From positions 1-39,517 of the forward strand of contig CAYTEG010000001.1 in assembly GCA_964436805.1 (NCBI GenBank): a DNA stretch of 39,517 nt, written 5' to 3'. Below are positions 1 to 8,516 of the stretch, one piece after another. The notes under the pieces are model-generated. The model was not told the origin of the DNA, ran no database searches, and worked only from the letters and a program-made list of their open reading frames with translations. Both the position numbers and the translations under genes were made by a program. Within the stretch, counting starts at the first letter, position 1. Each line of letters opens with the position of its first letter. Source of the DNA: an uncultured Candidatus Saccharibacteria bacterium (lineage in GTDB: Bacteria; Patescibacteriota; Saccharimonadia; Saccharimonadales; EFPC-124).

Positions 1-198
1 ACGGATCTGGCGCGACTGACCATCCCGGATGAGAGTTTGCGCCCGGAGCATGGCGCTGGCGACGTTTTTGGCGGCCATGTCGAGATCGTTGCGCGCCTGC
101 AGCGAAGCATACACCGGCAGCGACAGCCCGGCGAGCATCGCTAAAATGCTTACCGATAACATCATTTCGATTAGTGTAAAGCCGCGGGCGGTGGTCAT
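1..198 (-). CDS. type IV pilin / pseudopilin, N-terminal part only (gene runs off the window start)
   Basis: Not in the ORF track because there is no stop in the window. The reverse complement from ATG at 198 reads MTTARGFTLIEMMLSVSILAMLAGLSLPVYASLQARNDL..., which is a prepilin peptidase site G|FTLIEM followed by a hydrophobic helix. The start overlaps the pilC stop as ATGA (195-198). Confidence 0.8.
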   Translation of the reverse strand, partial: MTTARGFTLIEMMLSVSILAMLAGLSLPVYASLQARNDLDMAAKNVASAMLRAQTLIRDGQSRQIR

Positions 199-1292
199 GT
201 GTCGAGCCCGCCAACCAGGCTGTAAATTGGCAAAATCACCGCGACGGCCACGCCCATCACCCCAATCCACACCACGACAAGCAAAATTGGCTCGAGCATT
301 GCTTCGAGGTTTTGGGTTGAGGTATCGGCCTTTTCTTCGTAAATTGTGCCGACCCGCGCCAATGTTTCGGGCAGCGCACCCGAGCGCTCACCAGCAATAA
401 CCATTTGCTGCACGGCCGGTGGCAGTAACTTTGCGGCGCCTTTATATTTAGGCAAGCTGGCGCTAAAACTGTAGCCGTTTTCGAACTGGTCGTGCAAATA
501 GGCGTAAAATCTTTGGTAGCGCGGCGCGGTTGTGGCTCGGCCAAGCAAATCGAGTGCCTGCATGACCGTCAGGCCAGCGCCCAAAAGCGTGCCAAGCAAA
601 TAGCCAAAGCGCGCAATCTCGACTTCGTACAGCAAGCGCGAAATACCAGGGGTGTGAAACAATATGGCCTGGCCGGCATTGCGGGTTTTAGGCGCCACAA
701 ATAACATATACACCACCAGCGCGCCAACCGCCGCGCCCGTCGGCACTGCCCACACACCGTTGTCACGCAAAAACGTGCCAAAGCCAATAAATAGCTGCGA
801 AATCAACGGCAATTCGACATGCAGGTGCGTAAATGTGTCGGCCAATTTTGGCAGCAAAAACCAGGCGACCGCCAGGCCAATAACGAGCGTCAGGCTCATC
901 ACAAAGCCAGGGTAAATTAACGCCGAGCGCACTTTGTTACGAAAAATCCGTTGTTTTTCTTCTTGTTTTGACGCAACTTGCAGGTTTTGCACCAAATTGC
1001 CCGATTGCTCACCCAGTTTTACCAAGGCCAATGTTTGGGCGCTTATAATGCCACTGCGGTCGAGCGCCTTCCACAAAGCCATACCTTCGTCGATGTCGGC
1101 CTGGATTTGGCCAATCGCCGCCTTAAAAACAGCCGAATGCGTCGTGTTGGCCAGCGATGTCAGCGCCTCGCCCATCCCCACGCCGGCCTGCAATAAAATA
1201 CCAAGGTTGCTGGTAAAATATTCGCGGTCTTTGGCCGAGATATGAAATTTTTTTACGGTTTGGGCTGGTTTTTTAGGCGCGGGCTTGGGCAT
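195..1292 (-). CDS. pilC: type IV pilus assembly platform protein PilC (GspF family)
   Basis: 365 aa polytopic membrane protein with a duplicated GspF-type architecture. TM helices include ALIYPGFVMSLTLVIGLAVAWFLLP and PILLVVVWIGVMGVAVAVILPIY. It lies between a PilB-type ATPase and a prepilin gene, with overlapping stops and starts. Confidence 0.88.
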   Translation of the reverse strand: MPKPAPKKPAQTVKKFHISAKDREYFTSNLGILLQAGVGMGEALTSLANTTHSAVFKAAIGQIQADIDEGMALWKALDRSGIISAQTLALVKLGEQSGNLVQNLQVASKQEEKQRIFRNKVRSALIYPGFVMSLTLVIGLAVAWFLLPKLADTFTHLHVELPLISQLFIGFGTFLRDNGVWAVPTGAAVGALVVYMLFVAPKTRNAGQAILFHTPGISRLLYEVEIARFGYLLGTLLGAGLTVMQALDLLGRATTAPRYQRFYAYLHDQFENGYSFSASLPKYKGAAKLLPPAVQQMVIAGERSGALPETLARVGTIYEEKADTSTQNLEAMLEPILLVVVWIGVMGVAVAVILPIYSLVGGLDT

Positions 1293-2943
1293 CTTTCACC
1301 TTTTTGGGCGGCTCGACCACCCGCAGCACTTCGGCCACGGTGGTGACACCGGCTTTTACTTTGGCGATGCCGTCTTCGAACATCGACAAACTACCCTGAC
1401 TGTGCGCCAACGTTTCGATTTCCTGGGTCGAAGGCGCTTTTAGTATAAGCTCCTGCATTTCGGGCGTGACTTCGATAAACTGAAACAACGCGCTGCGGCC
1501 AATATAACCGGTGTTATTGCACGCATTACAGCCCTTGCCGGCGTACACCGTTGCGCGCGCGTCAAAATATTTCATCACGGCGTCGACGCCCGTTTTTAGC
1601 CCGGCTACGGCCTGCGCCACCGGAATACCATACCGGCACGTCCCGCATATTTGGCGTACCAAGCGCTGGGCAATCACCACCTGCAGCGTCGAAGCCAGCA
1701 AAAACGGCTCAATGCCCATGTCGGCCAGGCGCGGAATAGCCGTCGCGGCGTCGTTAGAGTGAAACGTCGAAAGCAGCAAGTGGCCGGTGAGCGCGGCGTT
1801 CACCGAAATCTCGGCGGTTTCTTGGTCGCGGATTTCGCCAACCAAAATAATGTCGGGGTCTTGGCGCACAATCGAGCGCAGCCCTTTGGCAAACGTCATG
1901 TTCGAAGCCTCGCGCACCTGGATTTGGTTCGCGCCGGCCATTTTATATTCGACCGGGTCTTCGATAGTTGTAATATTTACATTTGGCTTGTTGAGCAATT
2001 TGAGTAGCGCGTACAGCGTCGTCGTTTTGCCCGAACCTGTCGGCCCAACGGTTAAAATCATGCCGTACGGCTTGGCGGCGTAGGTTTCGATTAAACTACG
2101 GTGCGCTTCGTCGAGCCCAATGTCGCCCAAATCGTAACTTTGCACGTACGAGCTTAGCACGCGCATCACCACCTTTTCGCCGTGCACCGTGGGAATGAGC
2201 GACACGCGCAGGTCGGTGGTCGCGCCGTTGTCAATCCGCTGCAACGCGCCATCCTGCGCCGACATGTGTTCGTCAATGCGCATGCCACTTTCGACTTTAA
2301 TGCGGTTTAAAATATTTTCGTAATATTCTTTGGGCAATGTGCCGGCTTCGCGCAGCGTGCCATCGACCCTAAAGCGCACCATCACCTGGCTGGCTTGCGG
2401 CTCAAAGTGGATGTCGGAGGCGTGGTAGGTAAGCGCATCTTTAATAATTTCGTCGACCATTTCGGGGGCGACGCGCTGGCCGGTTTCGATAATCTGCGAA
2501 AACCGCGTGGCCAGCGGCTTTTCGTATAAACTAAAGCTCGACTCTATAAATTCGGGCAAGGCATAGGCCAGGCGCACTTTTTTGCCAGCAAACAGCGGCG
2601 AAATTTTGGCGAGGTCAACACCTTCGGGCTTGTCGGTCGCCACCGCCGCAACTTGGTCGGAGGCTTTTACAAACACCACACGTTGTTCGCGCGCTAAATC
2701 TTCGGGGATGAGCGCGACGTTGTCTTTAGTAATCGGGTTGGCCGTTAAGTCGGCGAACGGCATTTTGTAATCTTCGGCAAGCGCCTGGCCAAGCAACTGT
2801 TTGCTCAATAATTGCTGGCGAATCAAATAGTCAACATACCCGGCGCTGTCGTGCGACGCAGCTTCGGCCGCCTTGCTGTCAGCCTCGGCAATGTAATTCT
2901 CTTTTAATAGAATTGCCTTAATTTTGTCGATGTCCGGATACAT
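1273..2943 (-). CDS. pilB: type IV pilus assembly ATPase PilB (GspE family)
   Basis: 556 aa. Walker A GPTGSGKTTT, Walker B/Asp box DPDIILVGEIRD, His box LTGHLLLSTFH, and a tetracysteine cluster (CGTC ... CNAC) typical of GspE/PilB. It overlaps the pilC start by 20 nt. Confidence 0.92.
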   Translation of the reverse strand: MYPDIDKIKAILLKENYIAEADSKAAEAASHDSAGYVDYLIRQQLLSKQLLGQALAEDYKMPFADLTANPITKDNVALIPEDLAREQRVVFVKASDQVAAVATDKPEGVDLAKISPLFAGKKVRLAYALPEFIESSFSLYEKPLATRFSQIIETGQRVAPEMVDEIIKDALTYHASDIHFEPQASQVMVRFRVDGTLREAGTLPKEYYENILNRIKVESGMRIDEHMSAQDGALQRIDNGATTDLRVSLIPTVHGEKVVMRVLSSYVQSYDLGDIGLDEAHRSLIETYAAKPYGMILTVGPTGSGKTTTLYALLKLLNKPNVNITTIEDPVEYKMAGANQIQVREASNMTFAKGLRSIVRQDPDIILVGEIRDQETAEISVNAALTGHLLLSTFHSNDAATAIPRLADMGIEPFLLASTLQVVIAQRLVRQICGTCRYGIPVAQAVAGLKTGVDAVMKYFDARATVYAGKGCNACNNTGYIGRSALFQFIEVTPEMQELILKAPSTQEIETLAHSQGSLSMFEDGIAKVKAGVTTVAEVLRVVEPPKKVKDAQARA

Positions 2944-2959
2944 AGCCCACCCGTTTTAC

Positions 2960-3325
2960 TTACGCTTGTTTAACTTCGTTTACAATTACCTCGAGCGGCG
3001 TGTCTGACTTAATAAAGTATTTTTTCGCGCCGAGTTTTAGCACGCGGCTTTCGTCTTCGGCCTGGCTAAGGTTTGACAAAACAAACACGGTCGGGCGCTG
3101 CTCCTTTTTTTGCAGTTCTTCGAGTACCTGGAACCCGTCGAAAACGGGCATGACGAGGTCGAGCAAAACAACGTCGAACTGTTGTTCGTTGAGCGCCTTT
3201 AAGCATTCTTCGCCATTTTGGGCGACGACAGTTATAAAGCCTTCGTGTTGCAGTTTAAGGTCGAGTGCGTGCGAAAGCGGCCTTTCGTCTTCGACAATCA
3301 ACACTCGTTTTTGGGCGTCAGCCAT
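2960..3325 (-). CDS. single-domain response regulator (REC only, CheY-like)
   Basis: 121 aa. Acidic pocket LIVEDE, phospho-acceptor context VVLLDLVMP, conserved Lys in KYFIKS, and no output domain. RBS GGGGGA lies upstream of the ATG. Confidence 0.85.
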   Translation of the reverse strand: MADAQKRVLIVEDERPLSHALDLKLQHEGFITVVAQNGEECLKALNEQQFDVVLLDLVMPVFDGFQVLEELQKKEQRPTVFVLSNLSQAEDESRVLKLGAKKYFIKSDTPLEVIVNEVKQA

Positions 3326-3396
3326 TACAAATCCCCCTGTTACGTGAGTTACCTGTATTGTATCATTTACAAAGCTAAGCTAAAACCCGTTTGCGG

Positions 3397-4566
3397 TTAT
3401 TTTCCGGCTAATGCGATGTCGCCAATCATATTAACATGGGCGATTTCGAGCACGCGCATACACAAAGTTATGTACAAACCGTATTTTTTACGGAAGGCCG
3501 GTGGCAGGTCGGCGGTGTATTGGCGGGCGTGGGCAAAAAAGAGCGCCGGGATTTCGGTGGTGTATTTTTTTCGCGCACCTTCGCTGGTGTGGAAATCTTT
3601 AAAAGCCTGCTGCAGTTTTGCGACCTGCTGCTGGTCGCTCATGCCTGCCAAATCGCACAATTCGCCTACAAAACTGGGGTGGTAATGGTTAAACGGGTTG
3701 AGGCTAAAAACGCCCCAGGCCGGGTCGTTACCGGCATCGACCCACCAATCGCCTACTTCGTCGCCAATGCGCGCCACGGCGTTGCACATTTGCAAAAAAG
3801 CTTTCATGGTTGAGTCGCCGTGAACTTCGCTGAGCGGCGGCAAACTGTTGTCATTTTGACGATATATAGCATACAGCGGCGCGCTGACGCTTGGCAAACC
3901 GGCGTCGGCCACCAAAAACCGGGCGGCCTGCGCCGAATGTTCGCTTAAAAACGCCGGCTGTTTTTGTTTAGGCAAGGCTTTATAGGCGGCGCTTAAGCGG
4001 TGCATGCCGACTTCGTTGTATAACACTTGTTGGTCGTAGCAATCAAGCACAAACGGCGCGTCTTCGGGTAACGCCAAATCGTCGATGTGACGCTTAATAT
4101 CGCCGAGTGCCGCCAGCCGGCTCGCCACTCCCGCCGCCAGCTTTGCAGGGATTTTTGGCTGGTCGCCACATAACTTTTCGATCGCCAGCACCATTGCCTC
4201 GTCGCCGCGATCCATAGTTTGGTCGGCAAAATACATAGTGCCAATCGCCGACGCGGCCGATGCCAGGCGCTTGGTATTGGCGTCGCCCAACAGTTCGCCC
4301 GCAGCCAGCGCCGGGCAAAAACTAACGGCCTTAGGCGCTATTTCGCCCAAAATGCGTACGACGTCTTTTGGAGTGTATTCGGGGATTGCCTGTTGCACGC
4401 ATTGCTGCAAATCGGCATTGCAAATACCGGCGATCGCCGCAATTTGACCAGCGATATCGCCAAGCCGCGCCGTGGCGTCGGCACCAAACGAAACATCTTT
4501 GCCAAACACCGGGCCAGCATACGCAGCAGCAATAAGTTTTTGTAAGACTTGTGATTGTGTTGCCAT
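3397..4566 (-). CDS. hypothetical protein; possible divergent class I isoprenoid/terpene synthase-fold enzyme
   Basis: 389 aa, predicted all-helical. It has an Asp-rich segment D115-Q-T-M-D119-R-G-D-E and a second metal-site-like segment N262-A-V-A-R-I-G-D-E270, 147 residues apart. Arg216 lies exactly 46 residues upstream of N262, and R348-Q-Y350 lies about 85 residues downstream. This spacing resembles bacterial terpene synthases, but the motifs are degenerate. The coding call is solid; the function call is weak. Confidence 0.6.
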   Translation of the reverse strand: MATQSQVLQKLIAAAYAGPVFGKDVSFGADATARLGDIAGQIAAIAGICNADLQQCVQQAIPEYTPKDVVRILGEIAPKAVSFCPALAAGELLGDANTKRLASAASAIGTMYFADQTMDRGDEAMVLAIEKLCGDQPKIPAKLAAGVASRLAALGDIKRHIDDLALPEDAPFVLDCYDQQVLYNEVGMHRLSAAYKALPKQKQPAFLSEHSAQAARFLVADAGLPSVSAPLYAIYRQNDNSLPPLSEVHGDSTMKAFLQMCNAVARIGDEVGDWWVDAGNDPAWGVFSLNPFNHYHPSFVGELCDLAGMSDQQQVAKLQQAFKDFHTSEGARKKYTTEIPALFFAHARQYTADLPPAFRKKYGLYITLCMRVLEIAHVNMIGDIALAGK

Positions 4567-4641
4567 ATCCCTATTGTAACCTGCCGGGAATGTATATAAT
4601 TAGGTTAACTTAATTTGCGCGTTAGCCGAAAGGTATGGTAT

Positions 4642-5013
4642 ATGCCCGAAGAAAAACAATATAGTGTGGCCGCCAAGGGAGATTACATTCATTTAATAAC
4701 CCGCGGAGTGCTCGACATTAAAAACCTCGATGCGCCGGCAAACGCCGCACTCGAGCTCGGCAAAAAAAATAACATCACCAAACTGCTCGACGACATCCGT
4801 TACGTTGACAAAAGTTTCGTTAGTATCCCCATCCAGGCAAAAGGCGTCGGCATTTTATGGAAGCTGCGCGCCTTCGACAAAGTAGCGATTTTGTTTCAAG
4901 ACCAGGATTTAGAAAAAATGTTCTTTTCGACGCTCGAAGCCATTCATATTAATGGTAAATTCCGCGGGTTTTACGACGAGGCCGAGGCGGTCGCCTGGCT
5001 TCAAGAAAAATAA
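4642..5013 (+). CDS. hypothetical protein, possibly STAS/SpoIIAA-like fold
   Basis: The ORF track starts at 4615. The ATG at 4642 is preferred because AAAGG lies about 9 nt upstream. 123 aa. The ending ...FDKVAILFQD...FYDEAEAVAWLQEK resembles SpoIIAA-like/DUF3478 proteins, from weak recall only. Confidence 0.55.
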   Translation: MPEEKQYSVAAKGDYIHLITRGVLDIKNLDAPANAALELGKKNNITKLLDDIRYVDKSFVSIPIQAKGVGILWKLRAFDKVAILFQDQDLEKMFFSTLEAIHINGKFRGFYDEAEAVAWLQEK

Positions 5014-5019
5014 AACTAG

Positions 5020-6072
5020 CTATTTTTTGCGCCGCTCCAAAAACGCCACCATGCCCGTAAGCAAGCGGCGCACGTCGGGCGAAACATCGAGCGCGGCAAG
5101 TTGCGCCAAGCAGTCTTTGCGGTAGGTTTGCATCATTTTTTGGGCGTGGTCAAGGCCGCCGCTGTCGCGGATAATGCGGCGCACCTGCTCAATCTGTTGC
5201 GGCGTACATGTTTTATTACCAACGCACTGGCGCAGCACGGCTTTGTCGACGTCGCTTGCGGCTTGGTATGCCAGCCACATTGGCACGGTTTTTTTGCCTT
5301 GGGTTATATCGCCAGAGTTTGATTTGCCGGTGACCACCTGGTCGCCAAACAGCCCCAAAATGTCATCGCCGGTTTGAAACAATTTGCCGAGCGTGTCGGC
5401 CAAAGCCGCAAGCCCTGCCGGCAACGGCTGGCCCGCCACCGCGTATCCAAACGCCAGCGGCAACTTGGTGCTGTACTTGCCTGTTACCCACACAGTCGAG
5501 GTTTCGATGCGCTCCAAACTAAGCTCGGGCGAATCGAGCGGCAAATAATCCATTAAAAACTGGTCGTACCAGCCCCAAGTGACTTCTTCGGTTGCCTGCA
5601 CCAGCAACGCGGCAAGGCTGTTTTTTACATCGGCCGGCAGGTCGGACTCGGCGATTATTTTGTTGGCGGCGGCGAGCATAAGGTTGCCAGCGACAATTGC
5701 CAGCGAATTACCAAAATGGGCGCGCTCGGCCGGCACGGGGCACAACCCGGCCATTTTAGCGTGCACGGTTGGCGCGTTGTAGCGCACTTCGTCGCGGTCG
5801 ATTATGTCGTCGTGCGCCAAAATATGCTTATGAAACGCTTCGAGCGCCAGGTGCACCATGGCGTCGTCGTGGCCAAAACTGCGCGCAACACACAGCGAAA
5901 GCGCCGGGCGGAGGCGCTTGCCGCCTTCGGTTACAAAGCGGATTATCTCGCGGCGCAGCGGGTCGCCAGGCGCAAATGTTGGCGCAAAATACGGCGAGGC
6001 ATCTGGCAGTGCCGCCACAATATCGGCAGCCGCGGCTTTGTATCGCGCTAAAAAAAATGCTTCATCATCCAT
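5020..6072 (-). CDS. trans-polyprenyl diphosphate synthase (FPP/GGPP synthase family)
   Basis: First Asp-rich motif LAHDDIIDRDEVRYN and second Asp-rich motif FQTGDDILGLFGD, plus GKRLRP near the N-terminus. The start is set at MDDEAFF (ATG 6072) rather than the ORF-track 6114. Confidence 0.85.
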   Translation of the reverse strand: MDDEAFFLARYKAAAADIVAALPDASPYFAPTFAPGDPLRREIIRFVTEGGKRLRPALSLCVARSFGHDDAMVHLALEAFHKHILAHDDIIDRDEVRYNAPTVHAKMAGLCPVPAERAHFGNSLAIVAGNLMLAAANKIIAESDLPADVKNSLAALLVQATEEVTWGWYDQFLMDYLPLDSPELSLERIETSTVWVTGKYSTKLPLAFGYAVAGQPLPAGLAALADTLGKLFQTGDDILGLFGDQVVTGKSNSGDITQGKKTVPMWLAYQAASDVDKAVLRQCVGNKTCTPQQIEQVRRIIRDSGGLDHAQKMMQTYRKDCLAQLAALDVSPDVRRLLTGMVAFLERRKK

Positions 6073-6089
6073 AGTTTTATTGTAACAGG

Positions 6090-6491
6090 TTGGCGCAATT
6101 GACAATCCCGCCACTGTTTGCGATCATATTACTAATGCTTAATGTCGCATCGTTTGCACAATCGGCTGGGGAGCTGCTTGACGCCGCAGGGGTGATCGTT
6201 ATTATTAGCGGCGCCATTATTTCGACGTTGGCCGTTATGGTTATGGCATTTAACGGCAAGGGGCTGCACAATTTATACCGGTCGTACCGCCACAATCTGG
6301 CGCGCAGCATACTTATTGGCCTCGAATTTTTGGTCGCCGGCGATATTATCCGCTCGGTGGCTGGCAACCTCACCTTCGATAGTGTCATTATACTTGCAGT
6401 AATTGTGGCGATCCGCTCGCTGCTTGGCATGGAATTCGACATGGAAATAGAAGGCCACTGGCCGTGGCAGCGCTCAAAATCACAAAAATAG
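6090..6491 (+). CDS. small integral membrane protein, DUF1622-like
   Basis: 133 aa with 3-4 TM helices. LIGLEFLVAGDIIRSV and the C-terminal EGHWPWQ resemble DUF1622 family members (recall-based). The true start may be the internal ATG at 6135. Confidence 0.65.
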   Translation: MAQLTIPPLFAIILLMLNVASFAQSAGELLDAAGVIVIISGAIISTLAVMVMAFNGKGLHNLYRSYRHNLARSILIGLEFLVAGDIIRSVAGNLTFDSVIILAVIVAIRSLLGMEFDMEIEGHWPWQRSKSQK

Positions 6492-6517
6492 CCTCTACCG
6501 CACATAAACAAAAAATA

Positions 6518-7720
6518 ATGTATCCCGAACAAAACAAACCATTGCTGCCTATTAAAAAGATCATCCTCATCGGTGGAGGGTTTTTGTTTGTGGTGATTGC
6601 AGTCATTGTGTTCTTTTTGGTAAATAAGCCGGCGCCGACCGAGCCAGAGCAAGGTGGGGAGCCCCAAACCACGAGCCCACGTTCTGACTCGCCAAAAAAA
6701 GATGAGCCCGCACCACCAGCTGCTACGCCCGAAGACACAAGCAAAAAGTCTGCCGCCGGGAGCACAGGCAGCAGCGGTTCTGGCAGCACGGGTAGCAGCT
6801 CGGGCGGCACTTCTGGCAGCAGCGGCGGGAGTGACAGCGGTGGCGGCGGTGGTGGCACCACTCCAAACCCCTGCGACCCAGGCACCCACGTTGCCGGCGG
6901 CAGCGACGACACCGGCGGCTGCTGGCCAGGCCCCAACAACACTGGCGTGCCGTCGATGATTACCCTGAGCACCTACGCCGGCCCCTGCGTTATCACCGCC
7001 GACAACACCACCATCGACAGTAAAACCGTCAACTGCGACCTCGAGGTGCACGCCGCCAACTTTACGCTCAAAAACAGCAAAGTTAATGGCCTTGTTTTTC
7101 TCGACACCGACCTTGGCGGGTCGGGCAGTTGGTCGATGACCGTCATCGACTCAGAAGTCGACGCTGGCACCCAGCAACGCGCCGCGATTTCGGTTGGCAA
7201 CATGACCGTGCTCCGCGCCAACCTGCACGGTGGCCAAACAGGGGCGCAGTGCGAAGAAACCGGCTCGTTCTGTAGCATCACCGACTCCTGGCTGCACGGC
7301 CAATACCTACCCGACGACCAGCCATGGCACCTCGGCGGCTTCTTAAGCGACGGTGGCGTCAACATGACATTACGCCACAACACCATCGTGTGCGACCACG
7401 CCGTTAACTCGGTAAACGAAGGTTGTACCGGCGACGTTAACCTTATACCAAACTTCGCCCCCATATCTGGCGCACTCATCGAGCACAACCTGCTTGGCGC
7501 CAATGTTGGCTCGTCGTACTGCACATACGGCGGTGAAAAGTTTAGCTCGCCCACGCCACACTCCGACCACGTGGTATATAAAGACAACATTTTCCAGCGC
7601 GGCACAAACAACCAGTGCGCCGCCTTTGGGCCGGTCACCAACTTCGACATCAACCAGCCGGGCAACCAGTGGGTCAACAACCGCTGGGCAGACGGCGGCA
7701 TTGTCGACCCCGCCAACTAA
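6518..7720 (+). CDS. membrane-anchored secreted protein with Ser/Gly-rich linker and Cys-containing beta-helix-like C-terminal domain
   Basis: The start is set at ATG 6518 (MYPEQNKPLL) because the ORF-track start at 6464 overlaps the previous gene. It has an N-terminal TM segment IILIGGGFLFVVIAVIVFFLV and a low-complexity tract GSTGSSGSGSTGSSSGGTSGSSGGSDSGGGGGG. Repetitive N/T/D-rich segments follow (NTTIDSKTVNCDL, NFTLKNSKVNG, NMTVLRANLHGG, NMTLRHNTIVCD), which suggest a parallel beta-helix. Confidence 0.7.
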   Translation: MYPEQNKPLLPIKKIILIGGGFLFVVIAVIVFFLVNKPAPTEPEQGGEPQTTSPRSDSPKKDEPAPPAATPEDTSKKSAAGSTGSSGSGSTGSSSGGTSGSSGGSDSGGGGGGTTPNPCDPGTHVAGGSDDTGGCWPGPNNTGVPSMITLSTYAGPCVITADNTTIDSKTVNCDLEVHAANFTLKNSKVNGLVFLDTDLGGSGSWSMTVIDSEVDAGTQQRAAISVGNMTVLRANLHGGQTGAQCEETGSFCSITDSWLHGQYLPDDQPWHLGGFLSDGGVNMTLRHNTIVCDHAVNSVNEGCTGDVNLIPNFAPISGALIEHNLLGANVGSSYCTYGGEKFSSPTPHSDHVVYKDNIFQRGTNNQCAAFGPVTNFDINQPGNQWVNNRWADGGIVDPAN

Positions 7721-7721
7721 A

Positions 7722-7750
7722 TTGACAAAAACTCTTAAAAATGATATTAT
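7722..7750 (+). promoter_or_regulatory. consensus sigma70-type promoter for the 7786 ORF
   Basis: TTGACA (7722-7727), an exact 17 nt spacer, then TATTAT (7745-7750). AAGGAG lies 6 nt before the GTG start at 7786. Confidence 0.55.
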
Positions 7751-7785
7751 TTTTTCTAATACCCCTTACCAAATAAGGAGCGATC

Positions 7786-8385
7786 GTGGAGATCTGCATC
7801 GACCCGATGAGATTCCTCGTGACTACCGCTGGTGGAGTGGGTGGCACTTTCGCCCTCAACACCCCGCACCGGCTCGATGACTCGCACCGTTTCGTTGTCA
7901 CACACGACAACCGCAAGGGCGCGCTCATCAAGCTCAAGCACGACCCCAAGGTCGTCCAGCGCGGCTTGGTGCCGTTCCTGAGCGCCACCGCCGGACGCAA
8001 CGAAAACGGCGTGCCGCGCATTCAGCCGTGCGTCGTCGACCTCGACCCCAGCCGGCCGATCTTCCCGCTGGCGCCCGTCGTCGACGCACTGCTGGCGGCC
8101 GGGACCAGTTGGGGAGAAATCAGCCCCATGGCTGCCGAGAGCGAGCTGACCGACCACGCCCCCACCGACTCGATGCCGATGATGCACAGCAATGGCACCA
8201 TCGAGTGCGACGAGATCGGGAGCACCACCCGCTTCGTGGTCAGCGACGCCACCTGGGCTGTCACCAGCCAGGACGGCTGCACGACCCACGTTTACCTGTG
8301 GCCCGGCGCCGAAGCGCACACCGCCGAGATCGTGGCCACCGTCGGCCGCATCAACTCGGGCACACTCGCCTCCATCGAGGCCTAA
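7786..8385 (+). CDS. hypothetical protein (high-GC cassette 1)
   Basis: 199 aa with a GTG start preceded by AAGGAG. One sampled 60 nt line (8041-8100) is 77% GC, all Lys codons are AAG, and third codon positions are strongly G/C-biased in this frame. I recognise no domain. Confidence 0.7.
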   Translation: MEICIDPMRFLVTTAGGVGGTFALNTPHRLDDSHRFVVTHDNRKGALIKLKHDPKVVQRGLVPFLSATAGRNENGVPRIQPCVVDLDPSRPIFPLAPVVDALLAAGTSWGEISPMAAESELTDHAPTDSMPMMHSNGTIECDEIGSTTRFVVSDATWAVTSQDGCTTHVYLWPGAEAHTAEIVATVGRINSGTLASIEA

Positions 8386-8406
8386 GCCTCCCAACTGCAC
8401 TGGCAT

Positions 8407-8436
8407 TAGCCTCCGCACGCGGGAGGCTATTTGCTT
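8407..8436 (+). terminator. hairpin terminator after the 7786 ORF
   Basis: TAGCCTCC (8407-8414), a loop, then GGAGGCTA (8422-8429), followed by TTTGCTT. Confidence 0.45.
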
Positions 8437-8477
8437 ATAAAATTGCATTGTCATAAGTAAGGGTCGACCCCACAAAC

Positions 8478-8516
8478 AAGAATTAAGACCTGCCATAAAG
8501 ACAGGTCTTAATTCTT
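8478..8516. terminator. 15 bp perfect hairpin abutting the tRNA-Gln 3' end
   Basis: AAGAATTAAGACCTG (8478-8492), a 9 nt loop, then CAGGTCTTAATTCTT (8502-8516). It is AT-rich and placed to terminate the tRNA transcript and/or convergent + strand transcription. Confidence 0.5.

Noticed and set aside
6740-6870. A GGC/AGC-rich repetitive DNA tract, considered as a non-coding simple-sequence repeat.
   Set aside because: It lies in frame inside the secreted-protein ORF and encodes a Ser/Gly linker. It is noted only as a possible source of length variation.
6077-7716. Minus-strand ORFs 6077-7051 (324 aa), 6388-6972 and 6973-7716, antisense to the DUF1622 gene and the secreted-protein gene.
   Set aside because: They are low-complexity Ala/Gly/Pro/Arg translations of the antisense of a Ser/Gly-coding tract. 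They have no RBS and overlap two better-supported plus-strand genes.
8458-8471. TAAGGGTCGACCCC resembles the tRNA-Gln T-arm segment AAGGGGTCGAACC (8528-8540) and could be a vestigial att half-site.
   Set aside because: It is very short and is itself a GGGTCGACCC palindrome. It lies next to the tRNA rather than at the far border of the putative insert, and no integrase is present.
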